Virus record (IMG/VR): IMGVR_UViG_3300013414_000359
Location: 834-64,833 of that record
Reading direction: 5' to 3' (one strand)
Length of the DNA: 64,000 nucleotides
From: a virus
Lineage: Duplodnaviria; Caudoviricetes
In this document: piece after piece, positions 1-9,668 of the stretch
Position numbering within the stretch: the first letter of the stretch is position 1
How the letters are laid out: each line of letters begins with the position of its first letter
The notes under the pieces: model-generated
What the model was told of the DNA's origin: nothing
The model's database searches: none
Seen by the model: only the letters and a program-made list of their open reading frames with translations
Made by a program: the position numbers and the translations under genes

Positions 1-148
1 AGCGGCAATCTCCGCTGCTGTTTCAACTTTGTTTTTTTCGTTGTTTAAAACAGTAGTTGCTTTTTCAGTTTTTTTCTTACCTCTCGGCATTAAAAAACCT
101 CCTTTAATTTATATTTCAAATTCAGTATAACATGATATAATGATAATG

Positions 149-385
149 TCAAATGTTTTTTGAAATTATATCCATAATCTGATTTAATCTTGTTTCTCCT
201 ATACCCTTTATTTCGGAAATTTCAGTGCGAATTTTCTCAATGTTTATTTCGGTAATTTCAACCTCATTTAATGCGTCCTCTTTGCCTGTATTATATACAT
301 TGTGAATAAATTGATTTAACTCCGACTTATTCATATTTTTTATTGTTCTGTATAAATTTCTGTCAAGCAATACATTTTCGGACAT
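149..385 (-). CDS. Hypothetical protein with a helix-hairpin-helix-like motif (low-GC flank)
   Basis: 78-aa ORF; IKGIGETRLNQI resembles an HhH motif. Confidence 0.5.
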   Translation of the reverse strand: MSENVLLDRNLYRTIKNMNKSELNQFIHNVYNTGKEDALNEVEITEINIEKIRTEISEIKGIGETRLNQIMDIISKNI

Positions 386-458
386 ACTCCAACCTTCTTT
401 GAATAACCGTTAAAACCATTCTACCACATATTTTGCGGTACGTCAACCCTAAAATAAT

Positions 459-487
459 TTGATATTATCACGAAAATGATGTATAAT
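459..487 (+). promoter_or_regulatory. Sigma-A-type promoter of the Y-family polymerase/yolD operon
   Basis: TTGATA-17 nt-TATAAT, followed by RBS AGGAG before ATG 511. Confidence 0.6.
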
Positions 488-510
488 AAAACAGATAGGA
501 GCGTGATAAA

Positions 511-2049
511 ATGCAGGAACGTCAATACTTAGCTTGTGACCTTAAAAGTTATTATGCGAGCTGCGAATGCGTAGACCGCGGCTTAGACCCTCTTAACACA
601 AACCTTGTCGTAGCCGATGAAAGCCGAACAGAAAAGACAATATGCCTTGCTGTAACTCCGTCCCTAAAATCATATGGTATTCCCGGACGTGCGCGGCTCT
701 TTGAGGTGGTGCAGAAAGTCAAAGAGGTAAATGCACAGAGGCTTTACAATTACAGAAAGCAAACAAGAAATTATAAATTTGACTTTACCGAAAAATCATA
801 TCTTGACAGCGAATTAAAAGATAACTCTGCTTTAGCAGTTGATTACATTGTTGCGCCGCCGCGAATGGCGCATTATATGAAACGAAGTGCGGAGATATAC
901 CAAATATATTTAAAGTATATCGCTCCCGAAGATATTATAGTTTACTCCATTGACGAGGTTTTTATTGACGTAACGCCCTATTTGAAAACTTATAAAATGT
1001 CAGCAAGAGAGCTTGCAATGACAATAATCAAGGACGTTCTTGCAACAACGGGTATTACCGCAACGGCAGGAATAGGAACAAATCTTTATCTTTGTAAAAT
1101 AGCTATGGATATTGTAGCAAAGAAAATCCCTGCCGATGAAAGCGGAGTAAGAATTGCGGAGCTTGATGAAATGTCCTACCGCCGTCAGCTTTGGGAGCAT
1201 ACTCCCATAACCGACTTCTGGAGAGTGGGGAAAGGCATTGCCAAAAAGCTGGAGGAATACGGTATTTACACAATGGGGGATATTGCAAGAACATCCTTGC
1301 AGGAGAAAGGCTACAGAAGCGAGGATATGCTGTATAGAGTATTGGGAAAAAACGCCGAGCTTTTGATAGATCACGCTTGGGGTTATGAACCCTGCACTAT
1401 TGAGGAAGTAAAAGAGTACAAACCCGAAACAAACAGCATAAGTAAAGGTCAAGTCCTGCAATCTCCGTATAATTATGAAAAAACAAAGCTGATAGTCCGT
1501 GAAATGACGGATTTGCTTTCCCTTGATTTAGTGGAAAAAGGGCTTGTTACTAATCAGATTGTGCTTACTATCGGTTACGATATTGAAAATCTTACGGACG
1601 ATAAAATCAGTGGCGAGTATAAAGGAGAAGTCGCCACCGACCGATACGGCAGGAAGATACCTAAACACGCTCACGGTACTATAAATCTTGACAGATACAC
1701 GTCCTCCACTAACAAAATCGTGGAGGCGGCAATGGAACTGTATGACCGCATAATGGATAAACGGTTATTGTCAAGACGTATAAATGTTGTAGCTTGCCGT
1801 GTTATTCCCGAAATTAAAGCTGAAAAAGAAAACCAATTTGAACAGCTTGACTTTTTCACGGATTTTGAGAAAAAACAAGCAGATAAGGAAAAAGAGGAAA
1901 AGGCACTCCAAAACGAAAAAAATATGCAGAAAGCTATTATCGAGCTTAAAAACAGATACGGTAAAAATGCCGTTCTGCGAGGTATGAATTTAGAGGAGGG
2001 CGCAACAACAATAAGCAGAAATTCGACAATAGGAGGACACAAAGCATAA
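511..2049 (+). CDS. Y-family DNA polymerase (ImpB/MucB/UmuC/DinB-like)
   Basis: Motifs ACDLKSYYAS, YSIDEVFID, GIGTNLYLCKIA, DFWRVGKGIAKKL; C-terminal QLDFF clamp-binding-like motif and LKNRYGKNAV tail. Confidence 0.92.
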   Translation: MQERQYLACDLKSYYASCECVDRGLDPLNTNLVVADESRTEKTICLAVTPSLKSYGIPGRARLFEVVQKVKEVNAQRLYNYRKQTRNYKFDFTEKSYLDSELKDNSALAVDYIVAPPRMAHYMKRSAEIYQIYLKYIAPEDIIVYSIDEVFIDVTPYLKTYKMSARELAMTIIKDVLATTGITATAGIGTNLYLCKIAMDIVAKKIPADESGVRIAELDEMSYRRQLWEHTPITDFWRVGKGIAKKLEEYGIYTMGDIARTSLQEKGYRSEDMLYRVLGKNAELLIDHAWGYEPCTIEEVKEYKPETNSISKGQVLQSPYNYEKTKLIVREMTDLLSLDLVEKGLVTNQIVLTIGYDIENLTDDKISGEYKGEVATDRYGRKIPKHAHGTINLDRYTSSTNKIVEAAMELYDRIMDKRLLSRRINVVACRVIPEIKAEKENQFEQLDFFTDFEKKQADKEKEEKALQNEKNMQKAIIELKNRYGKNAVLRGMNLEEGATTISRNSTIGGHKA

Positions 2050-2265
2050 TGGGAAAATATGATGATATAATTAACTTGCCGCACCACGTATCGAAAACAA
2101 GACCTCAAATGTCAATGCACGACAGAGCGGCGCAGTTTTCTGCATTTGCGGCTCTTTCTGGATATGATGATACCGTCAAGGAAACCGCGCGTCTTACCGA
2201 CAGTAAGATGGAACTTACAGAGGAAGAGATTACGGACTTGAATTTGAAAATACAATTCCTCAAGG
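2049..2265 (+). pseudogene. yolD-like gene, 5' part (interrupted by the prophage)
   Basis: MGKYDDIINLPHHVS...RAAQFSAFAALSGY is a typical YolD-like N-terminus next to a Y-family polymerase; it breaks at ...QFLK at the att core AAGG (2262-2265). Confidence 0.85.
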
Positions 2266-2286
2266 TGGTATGCTGCATTTGCCTAT
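2245..2286. other. attL (host B arm + AA core + phage P' arm)
   Basis: CAATTCC TC AA GG TGGTATGCTGCATTTGCCTAT; reverse complement of 2266-2286 matches the attR arm (62369-62389) at 18/21. Confidence 0.9.
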
Positions 2287-2291
2287 AAAAA

Positions 2292-2450
2292 TCAAACCGC
2301 CATTTCAAACAGCTCGCAAGGGCTGTTTTCTTTTGTGCCGTAGAACTCGATGCTGTCGTCCTGCGAAACTTCCAAGTCTTTTGCTTTGCACAGGCAATCG
2401 CCGTTGCAAACCTCGTTGGGAACGCAGTGCTTGCATTTGCCACAGGTCAT
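2292..2450 (-). CDS. 52-aa Cys-rich protein adjacent to attL (not in the ORF track)
   Basis: RBS GGAGG then ATG; MTCGKCKHCVPNEVCNGDCLCKAKDLEVSQDDSIEFYGTKENSPCELFEMAV*. Confidence 0.6.
   Translation of the reverse strand: MTCGKCKHCVPNEVCNGDCLCKAKDLEVSQDDSIEFYGTKENSPCELFEMAV
2307..2334 (+). terminator. Intrinsic terminator just inside attL, facing host-operon read-through
   Basis: AAACAGC-TCGCAAGG-GCTGTTT followed by TCTTTT. Confidence 0.55.
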
Positions 2451-2462
2451 ATCCACACCTCC

Positions 2463-2936
2463 TTAACTCGCTTTGATGAGCTTGCTCAACAGAGCGTCAT
2501 ACATTTCTTGAAGCACAGCACATTTTGCCTCTGCCGCTGCGACCTTTGCTGAATCCGAAGTTGGAGCGGGGGGGGGGGGAGCCTCGGTTGCGACAGCGGG
2601 TGCTGCACAAAGACCGAGCGAAATCATCATCGCCGTTTCAATGCGCCGCAGCTCCTGCTCCGTAACGCGACCGTGATAATCTCCGAACCGCTCGAACGCC
2701 ACCGATGTGATTTGCTCACAGAGGGCGGTACTCTCGCGGCTCGTGCTGCGAATGGTAACGTGTGTCGGCAAATCGTGCTTCGGCTGGGTGGTGAGATAGA
2801 CTACTTCCAGCGTGGAACTGTGTTCGTTGTTCCGGTCGTTGGACACCACGATGGCGGGGCGTCCGGGGCGCTGTTCACTGCCGACCGTGGCGTAGCCGCT
2901 CTCTATGTAGTAGATGTCTCCGCGTTTGATACCCAT
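2463..2936 (-). CDS. PemK/MazF-like protein with a C-terminal extension
   Basis: MGIKRGDIYY...GSEQRPGRPAIVVSND...ALCEQITSV is a PemK-family pattern; start re-set to ATG 2936 after RBS AAAGGAG. Confidence 0.8.
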   Translation of the reverse strand: MGIKRGDIYYIESGYATVGSEQRPGRPAIVVSNDRNNEHSSTLEVVYLTTQPKHDLPTHVTIRSTSRESTALCEQITSVAFERFGDYHGRVTEQELRRIETAMMISLGLCAAPAVATEAPPPPAPTSDSAKVAAAEAKCAVLQEMYDALLSKLIKAS

Positions 2937-2955
2937 TTTCAATTCTCTCCTTTCT

Positions 2956-3016
2956 GCCCTGCCATCATCAGCACCGGTGGGGCGGTTCCGGTGGACGGGC
3001 TTTCGCCCGTTTCGGC
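2956..3016 (-). ncRNA. Type II hammerhead ribozyme (HH1)
   Basis: gcc GAAAC gggc-gaaa-gccc GUC caccgg-loop-ccggug CUGAUGA (u)ggc; loop I gccc can pair with tail gggc; one extra U after the core. Confidence 0.8.
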
Positions 3017-3169
3017 TTATTTCTCCCAAACCTTCTTCGCAAAGGCTGCGGTCAGGTCTGCGAGATATGCTGCACTGTGCTGTGCCTGTTCGTCATCGTC
3101 CATCAGACTTACGGTGTATTTGATTTCCTCTTTGAGTTCCTCATAGCTCATTTCTTCGATTGCTTTCAT
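3017..3169 (-). CDS. 50-aa acidic hypothetical protein, first gene after promoter P1 (not in the ORF track)
   Basis: RBS AAGGAGG; MKAIEEMSYEELKEEIKYTVSLMDDDEQAQHSAAYLADLTAAFAKKVWEK*; its stop abuts HH1. Confidence 0.65.
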   Translation of the reverse strand: MKAIEEMSYEELKEEIKYTVSLMDDDEQAQHSAAYLADLTAAFAKKVWEK

Positions 3170-3223
3170 TTTCGTTTCCTCCTTGACCCTCATCGGGCTT
3201 CTTTGTTATTTCTTTATACTCTT

Positions 3224-3252
3224 ATTATATCACTTTAAGTTGAATTTGTCAA
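3224..3252 (-). promoter_or_regulatory. Consensus sigma-A promoter P1
   Basis: TTGACA-AATTCAACTTAAAGTGA-TATAAT on the minus strand, 17-nt spacer. Confidence 0.85.
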
Positions 3253-3298
3253 GGGTTTTCCGAAAAATTTTTCAGAAAAAATTACCGTAAGTGTGATT

Positions 3299-6200
3299 TT
3301 AGCGAGAGTATTTGCTTTTCTTCGGGTGATTTGATGAGTTCCAAGCATACCCCGCTTTGCGGTTCTTTTCCGCTCTCCGTCGGTTAGCCTCCCGCTCGGT
3401 CTTCTGCTTCGCCTCAAGCTCGCCCAGCAGCTCTTTCAGCCGCTGGGCGAGTTCGGTTTCACCATGACGAACCAGTTTGCCGAGAATGTGTTTCAGCAGA
3501 ATCAGGTCTGCCGCTTTAATCCTCATCGTTGTCACCTTCCTCCCACTCGCTGCGGTGGTCGTTGATGTAGTCGTACATCACGTCCCAGCCCATCTCAACC
3601 ATACGGTCAGTAAACCAATGGCTTTCACAGAACCTGCGGACTGCGCTGACCGCCTCAGCGGTTGGTCTGACATCGCAGACCTCAAGAGCGTTTTCGATGT
3701 CTTCCTCACACCAGAGGGTCATGCCAAAAAATCTCTCGCTCTCAGCGTCTGAGCTGGTGATAGACTTCACTTCTTTGCGGATAAACTGACTGCGCAGCAT
3801 TTTAATCTTCGTCATCATCATGCCAATTATCCCAATCATTTTTTCCCTCCTCGATAGTGTCTCTCACAGATTTTGAGATGATGTAGTAGAACAGCGGCAG
3901 GAAAAGGATAAAGAACTCGCCGCCGACCGCAAAATAGCCCCGCCAGCGCGAGGCATACTCAGCGGCATAACTGTAAAGCAGGAGACCGAGTAGCGAAAGA
4001 ATTGTGTATTTCACAACCGCTCCTGCTTTGTTATGCGGTTTCATGGTTCGTCACCCCCCCCCATTTGTTTTGACAGTTCGCTCAGGTTGATTACGAGAGC
4101 TTGCGAGTCCTTGACGAGAGAGTCCATAACGCTTTGCTCGTCCTCGCTCATCACCATTCGCAGACTGTTCGCCGCAAGCATCATAGCTGCGGCTACGAAC
4201 GGAAGGTCTGATTTGGGTCTCCCGTTCATCACCGGCAGCAGCTCCTCCGAAACCTCCTGCAAGCAGGAGCAAATCTCTCTGTTAAACCGCTTCTGGTCGC
4301 CAGTAAACATAGCTGCGCCAAGCCTTGCGGCAAAAGGTATGCCATTACGTTTCATATGCCTCTCCTTTCTCGACGGGTTCAGCCGTCATATCCGTAATTT
4401 CAGCGTCGTAAAAGTTAATCTCCACGCCAGAGGCGATGGTCTTTGCCTCGTCCTCAGACGCAGCCCATACAGTAACCTCGCCGTAGCGGAGTTCGCTCAC
4501 GCGCACGAGATAGGGCTGCCCTTGTTTCGGCGGGTACGGGCTGAAAAACTCGAAGTTCTCACAGCAGTTGCAAGCCCCGACATCAGACATCGTTTCCTGC
4601 CCGATGTGGGCGCAGTTACTACACCGAATTTGCATTATCCAAACACCACCTCTCCGAACAGGGCATATTGCACGATGCAGTCAGCAGCAGGACCGTCAAT
4701 TACGCTCGTATCAAGTTCCTGTTCACTTACACCGTGATAGATGTCCATGCCGTTTTCAAGCCAAAGCTGAAAACCCTTTAAGAACTTGTCCCTCGTCAGC
4801 TCCCACTTGTCGCTGCTTTCGGCATCGTACAGAATAAGCGTACCGCCGCGCGCAATTTGTTCGCTGGCATATTCTCCGAGATATTCGCCAACCACCTTCG
4901 CCCTGCGGCACCAGTAGCTGATGTAGTCCAGCGCACCCGACATAATATCGTCGATGTCCTCCACAGTCAGATTGACTTTACCGCTGTAGCTGACCGTAAA
5001 AATGGGTTCTTGTACCACGCTCACGCCTCCTCGCTAATTTTCTCTCTGTGCCGCTTAATGCGATGCGGATAATTGGCCTCATTCTCGTTGTAGCAGCGCA
5101 GCTGCTTCTTTGCATCGGACAGGGTTTCTTCCTCAAGCAGGGTCTCCCATCCGCAGCCATAATTGCCTTGTATTTCAAATACGTCCCGTGTTTTTCGCTT
5201 ATAAGCCATACAACTTCTCCTCCTCACCAAGTTCTCCGCAGACCGGCTGCGGGTGTTAGGGCTACGCCGATAGAGCCAAACTCGGAGCAGTCCGGCATAT
5301 CGTGGTTGAATACATAGCAGAGCTGCTGACCGTGCGAGATGTCTTCGCGGTCCTGCTCCCATTCTTCGGGATAGTCGCTGACGTACAAATAACTCTCCAT
5401 CTCGCCAATGTTGGTGAAGCTGTGAATGACGTGGTAAACCAGCGCGTTATGCTTCTCCTCAAACTCACGCACCCGCGCAAGCTGCTCGCCCTCAATCCAG
5501 AAGCAAGCTCCGAGCGGCGGCGCACTCTCGCTGATAAGTTCATCGTTCTTAAACTGTTTCACGATGGGCGGGTAAATGCCCCACTTCTTCATACGGGCAA
5601 GAGCTTCGATTTTCTTTTCTTCTCTGCTGACAGTCATTTCAAAAACTCCTTTCTCACACCAGATAGGCGCACATAAACTTGTTAAAGCTGTCGTAGTCCG
5701 ACCAATCGGACGTACCATCGCCGGTCTCCTGCAAGACCTCCCACAGCTCGTGTAGGGTCAGGTCATAAGCGTAGGTGTCCACATCGTAATTAAGCTGCAA
5801 ACACAGGGCTGTCCACAGCGCACGAAGCTGGTCGCGGCAAATCTCCTCATCGAAGCAGCTCTCCTCGACAAAGGCTTTTAGATATACCATCGCGTCAATT
5901 GGGCCTGTGCCGAGCGGGTTATGCTTGCAGCTGTCGGTCTCCGAACAGTAATCGCAGCCGCCTCCGCGCTCGCTGTGCAGACACTCATCACAGAGCATAA
6001 GGCGGTTGCCACAGACAGGGCAGAACGCTTTGTAGCCATTAGCCGCCGTGTCCCAGCGCATTTCGATTTCATTCTCACAATGCGGACAAACCTCAACGAC
6101 CATAAACTGCTCATACTGTTCTACTTTTTTTTGCAGCGACTGAATGTAGTTCTCAGCGTCGAAATAACCGTCGCTATGAAGCATTTGAATAATTTTCGTT

Positions 6201-6468
6201 TTGTCCATGCCATTGCCCTCCCAATATCAACACCGAGGTCTTCGGTGCAGTAATCCGTGCCGTAAGCCTCGTTGAAATCCTCAATACACACGCTGGGGAT
6301 ATAGCTGTCCCCGTCCAGCCTCGCCCTGCCGTCTGCGATGATTTTCGCCAACGCCGCTTCGATGTCGGCATTGTCACCGCAGAAGATGGCGCTTTCCTCA
6401 GCCTCGGTGATTTCCAGCGAAACACCGAGGCGTATCCACAGTTCTCTCATTTGTTCTGCTCTGCCCAC
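3299..6468 (-). other. Cluster of about 10 small co-oriented phage hypothetical genes
   Basis: Tightly packed minus-strand ORFs, mostly with RBSs: 3299-3535, 3516-3839, 3802-4044 (TM), 4041-4355, 4345-4635 (CxxC), 4635-5024, 5021-5209, 5224-5637, 5654-6208 (CPHC/CPVC Zn-finger-like), 6121-6468. Confidence 0.7.
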
Positions 6469-7469
6469 CTTTCGTCTTCGTCGTCATCGAGGCTCCCATA
6501 GGAAACGCCGAACTCCGACTCGTACAGCATCGGAATACAGCCGTCGCCAAACTCGGCGCGGTATTCCTCAAGCTCGTAGGGGCTGTAGTAGTCCAGCAGC
6601 TCCGCATACGCCCCGCGAATATCAGCGGGAATGCTCATCAAGTCAGGCTCCTCGAAATCGTCCTCGGTCAATTCCTTACCGTCAAGACCGACAAGACTTT
6701 TTTTTGTCGAACCCCAGCCGTAAAACTTGCCGTATCTGCCGTAGCTCAAATCGAAACCGGCGTAGACCGCCTCGATGTACTCGTACTTCGGGAAGTCGGC
6801 TTTCGTGGAGTCCCCAACAATTTCAACAACCTTTTTAACCGTGTTGTTGAGCTGCTTTCGGTCAATGTACTCGTGCTGGGTGTGGGCATTGTAGTAGCCG
6901 GACGAGAGGTTCACCGCCGCCACGCCGAGTTCCGGCGCAATGTAGGAAATGTCGCTGAAAGAGCCGTACTCCGTCTTGAAGCCCTTGCCGGTGATGTACG
7001 CCTCGAACTCGTCATTGGCGCAGTCATAATAAACCGCATCGTTTTTGCCCTTACGGTCAATCTCCACGATGGCTTTCAGCGTTTTCAAGCCTTTCGGCAG
7101 CCCACCTTTCTGGAACTGTTTGCAGAATACGCTTGCTCCAACGCCGCCGGTTTCCTCGTCACAGGTGAACAAGAGCCAAGGCTTTACTCGGCATAGCTTA
7201 TGCGCCGTCACGAGAGCGTACACGCCACAGCGGTCATCGCCGCCGATGCCCTGCGGGGACATCAGGACATTGCCGTTCTGCGTTTTGCAAATGTATTTGA
7301 CACGCTCTTTGTGAACGGTATCGAGATGTGCAACCAGCATAACTGGTGCCTCACCGGGGATAAGAATGTAACTGCCTTTTAAGGCGATTACCTTTCTGCC
7401 GAACATCTTGCACAGGGTCTTGAACAACTCATTTTGGGTTGGCATCAAAAAATCTTCTAACTGGTTCAT
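6447..7469 (-). CDS. M20/M28-clan zinc peptidase-like protein
   Basis: LVAHLDTVH, GIGGDDRCG, FTCDEETGG, VEIDRKG, SFSDIS, GYYNAHT metal-ligand pattern. Confidence 0.8.
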   Translation of the reverse strand: MNQLEDFLMPTQNELFKTLCKMFGRKVIALKGSYILIPGEAPVMLVAHLDTVHKERVKYICKTQNGNVLMSPQGIGGDDRCGVYALVTAHKLCRVKPWLLFTCDEETGGVGASVFCKQFQKGGLPKGLKTLKAIVEIDRKGKNDAVYYDCANDEFEAYITGKGFKTEYGSFSDISYIAPELGVAAVNLSSGYYNAHTQHEYIDRKQLNNTVKKVVEIVGDSTKADFPKYEYIEAVYAGFDLSYGRYGKFYGWGSTKKSLVGLDGKELTEDDFEEPDLMSIPADIRGAYAELLDYYSPYELEEYRAEFGDGCIPMLYESEFGVSYGSLDDDEDERWAEQNK

Positions 7470-9175
7470 ACTGCTTCCTCCTCACCATCTTCGGTTTCCT
7501 GATAACAGTCGGGGCAGCGCCCGTCCTGCATAACATCGTTCTTGAAATAGCGTCCGCAGTCCTCGCACTCGGAATAATACCTATCGCGGCAATCAGGGCA
7601 GACCATCGTAGCCGCGCCGTCTTCGTTAAAAGCCTCGACAGCGTAATCGGGGTGGACATAACAGCCGCACTCCTCGCAGCAAATATACTCGTCGATGCAG
7701 TCTTCACAAATCCAAACTTCGTTGCCGCGATGGTCTATGGCGTGAAACATATTCTCGCGGAGATGCCATTCGCCGCACTCGTCACACTGCTCGCAATACT
7801 CCGCCAAGCAGTCGTCACAATAATCCTGACCGACATCTTCAACCCAAGTCACATTGTCACTGTGGTGATACTCGTCACAGCGGTCGCAGCGGGTGTAGTG
7901 GTCATCAAGGCAGTTTTGGCACACGCGAATTTCGTTTCCTCTGCGGTCGTAAACCGTATACATATCGTCCGAGTCGTAATACTCCTCGCAATCATCGCAG
8001 TATTCTCTGTCGTCGTGGTCGTCATCACAGTCCTTGCAATAAACGCCGTGGCTTGTTTCCTCGGCGCAGACCACGCAGATGCCCCAAGTGCCGACGGTCA
8101 GAGGCTCATAATCCTCCTCGTGGTCTGCGCGAATGCTGACCTTGCCGTCGAAATTGTCGTAAGTCCAATCAGCATAGCCGCCAAAACCGCTGCCAATTTG
8201 GACGCAATGCTCCTTTTCCTTGCCGCAGTACGGGTAGGTCTTCCACAGGTTCGGCACTCGCTCAAGAGCGGAAATCTCGCGCTGGACCAAATCGCGGTAC
8301 AGCTTGGAGTCCTCTGCCGCCCCGTAAACACCGCCGGAGGTGTTGTAGAAACGGCTCTGCATCAAAAGCCCGTTCCCCGGCTTGTAGGCGAAAATCTGGC
8401 GGGTGGTCTTGCGGTTGTTCAGCGTCTCGGCGTCCATCGGGTCGTTGACAGTAAAGACGATGAAGCTGTACTTGTCGCGGGCATAGCCCGTGCAGCCGTT
8501 GTTGTACTCGTACTCAGTCGAGTTGAACGAATGGCAACTCGTCAGCGTGTTCCCACGCTCGTCACATTTCGGATTGCTCATTGTCAGGAAGTGAGCGGGG
8601 TTGATGGAAACATACAGCTTGAAACCAATCTTCTTGGCTGTCAGCTCGTCTGCGAACTGTGCGTAGAGCTTCTGAAATTCGCTGCCCGCAGTTTCATCAG
8701 CGATGCCAAGATGAACGCAAATTGCCTTGAAAACTCGGCTCAACTTTCTGCCCTGTGCGTACGCCTTGGGCGCAATCTGCGCGATTGCCGCGATGCCCTC
8801 CTGTTGCGCGTCTTGACTGTCGGGCATTGAGAAGAACCGAACAACCTTTTCCAGCATCTCATAGCTGGTGTTCTCATCGCGGCAGTATGCGGGCTGAAAA
8901 ATCTTTCGCGCCAAGTCCGCGATGCGGGTATAATCAGGATTATGCGTTCTCGTCCCGTTGATAACCAACGCGTCCAGCTTAGAGTCCCAAACAGGGGACT
9001 GACTGAACAGCTCACGCAGTTCCTGCTTGGCGCGGGAACTGTCCTCTGCCAGTCTTTTGATGAACGCATTGGAGATGTTGTCCAGCACCTCCGTCTGGTG
9101 GGTGTGGCGGCGATAGTCTTCAATCGCCTGACGGATATTTTCTTCCGCTTGCTTAATAATCTCACTCATTTCCAT
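7466..9175 (-). CDS. Large phage protein with a C-terminal array of about 11 CxxC motifs
   Basis: CVVC, CKDC, CDDC, CQNC, CDRC, CDDC, CDEC, CEDC, CEEC, CPDC, CEDC, CPDC; start re-set to MEMSE (9175). Confidence 0.75.
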   Translation of the reverse strand: MEMSEIIKQAEENIRQAIEDYRRHTHQTEVLDNISNAFIKRLAEDSSRAKQELRELFSQSPVWDSKLDALVINGTRTHNPDYTRIADLARKIFQPAYCRDENTSYEMLEKVVRFFSMPDSQDAQQEGIAAIAQIAPKAYAQGRKLSRVFKAICVHLGIADETAGSEFQKLYAQFADELTAKKIGFKLYVSINPAHFLTMSNPKCDERGNTLTSCHSFNSTEYEYNNGCTGYARDKYSFIVFTVNDPMDAETLNNRKTTRQIFAYKPGNGLLMQSRFYNTSGGVYGAAEDSKLYRDLVQREISALERVPNLWKTYPYCGKEKEHCVQIGSGFGGYADWTYDNFDGKVSIRADHEEDYEPLTVGTWGICVVCAEETSHGVYCKDCDDDHDDREYCDDCEEYYDSDDMYTVYDRRGNEIRVCQNCLDDHYTRCDRCDEYHHSDNVTWVEDVGQDYCDDCLAEYCEQCDECGEWHLRENMFHAIDHRGNEVWICEDCIDEYICCEECGCYVHPDYAVEAFNEDGAATMVCPDCRDRYYSECEDCGRYFKNDVMQDGRCPDCYQETEDGEEEAV

Positions 9176-9620
9176 TGTGGTGTCCTCCTTTGAGCATTCC
9201 ATCGTTGATGTAGTTCGCAAAAATCCAGTTGCGGCAAGTGCGCTGCTTCTGTGTGAAGAAGCCGTGCGGGTTAGGCTTGTAGTCCGCAAAGTCGATGCGG
9301 CGGGCGTCTGTAATCGTCAGGTGGATATTTTTGTTATCCACCTCAACCGTTTCGCCCAGAGCGGGTATGAACGCGATGTGTGTATTCTCGTGCCAGTTGA
9401 ATCCAGCACTCAGTCCACAGAGGTAATACGCCACAGCTTTCGGGTCGCGCTTGACCTCGATGTCGATAATCGCGCTGGGCTTGCGCAGCGTCCCGTAGTA
9501 GACGCGGTTGTCTTTCTGACCGATGAAACACTCCGCACAGCATTTGTAGATGTTCACCGCACGAATGCTTCTCAGCCAGAAGAACTCGTGGTAACGTTTG
9601 ACTTCCAGTTTCAGGTGCAT
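9162..9620 (-). CDS. Unknown Cys-rich protein, paralog 1 of 3
   Basis: Shares FFWLR, CCAxCF, YYLCGLS, NTHxAF and QRTCRNWIFANY with 21997-22431 and 56597-57061. Confidence 0.85.
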   Translation of the reverse strand: MHLKLEVKRYHEFFWLRSIRAVNIYKCCAECFIGQKDNRVYYGTLRKPSAIIDIEVKRDPKAVAYYLCGLSAGFNWHENTHIAFIPALGETVEVDNKNIHLTITDARRIDFADYKPNPHGFFTQKQRTCRNWIFANYINDGMLKGGHHNGNE

Positions 9621-9640
9621 TGGTTTGTCCTCCTTGTTTT

Positions 9641-9668
9641 AGAGCCGTGAGGCTCTTTTTTTTATTTT
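9641..9668 (+). terminator. Plus-strand intrinsic terminator within a minus-strand operon
   Basis: AGAGCC-GTGA-GGCTCT followed by TTTTTTTATTTT. Confidence 0.55.

Noticed and set aside
385-510. LexA (GAAC-N4-GTTC) box upstream of the Y-family polymerase
   Set aside because: No match seen; only a weak ATCA-N6-TGAT palindrome in the promoter spacer, so SOS control is not claimed.
2463-3029. 188-aa version of the MazF-like ORF, and the 180-aa version of 9662-10204
   Set aside because: The N-terminal extensions translate the hammerhead sequences; strong RBSs support starts at 2936 and 10102.
7439-8830. Long plus-strand ORFs (also 42700-44166, 46688-48226, 51332-52390)
   Set aside because: Antisense shadows of well-supported minus-strand genes, without RBSs or motifs.
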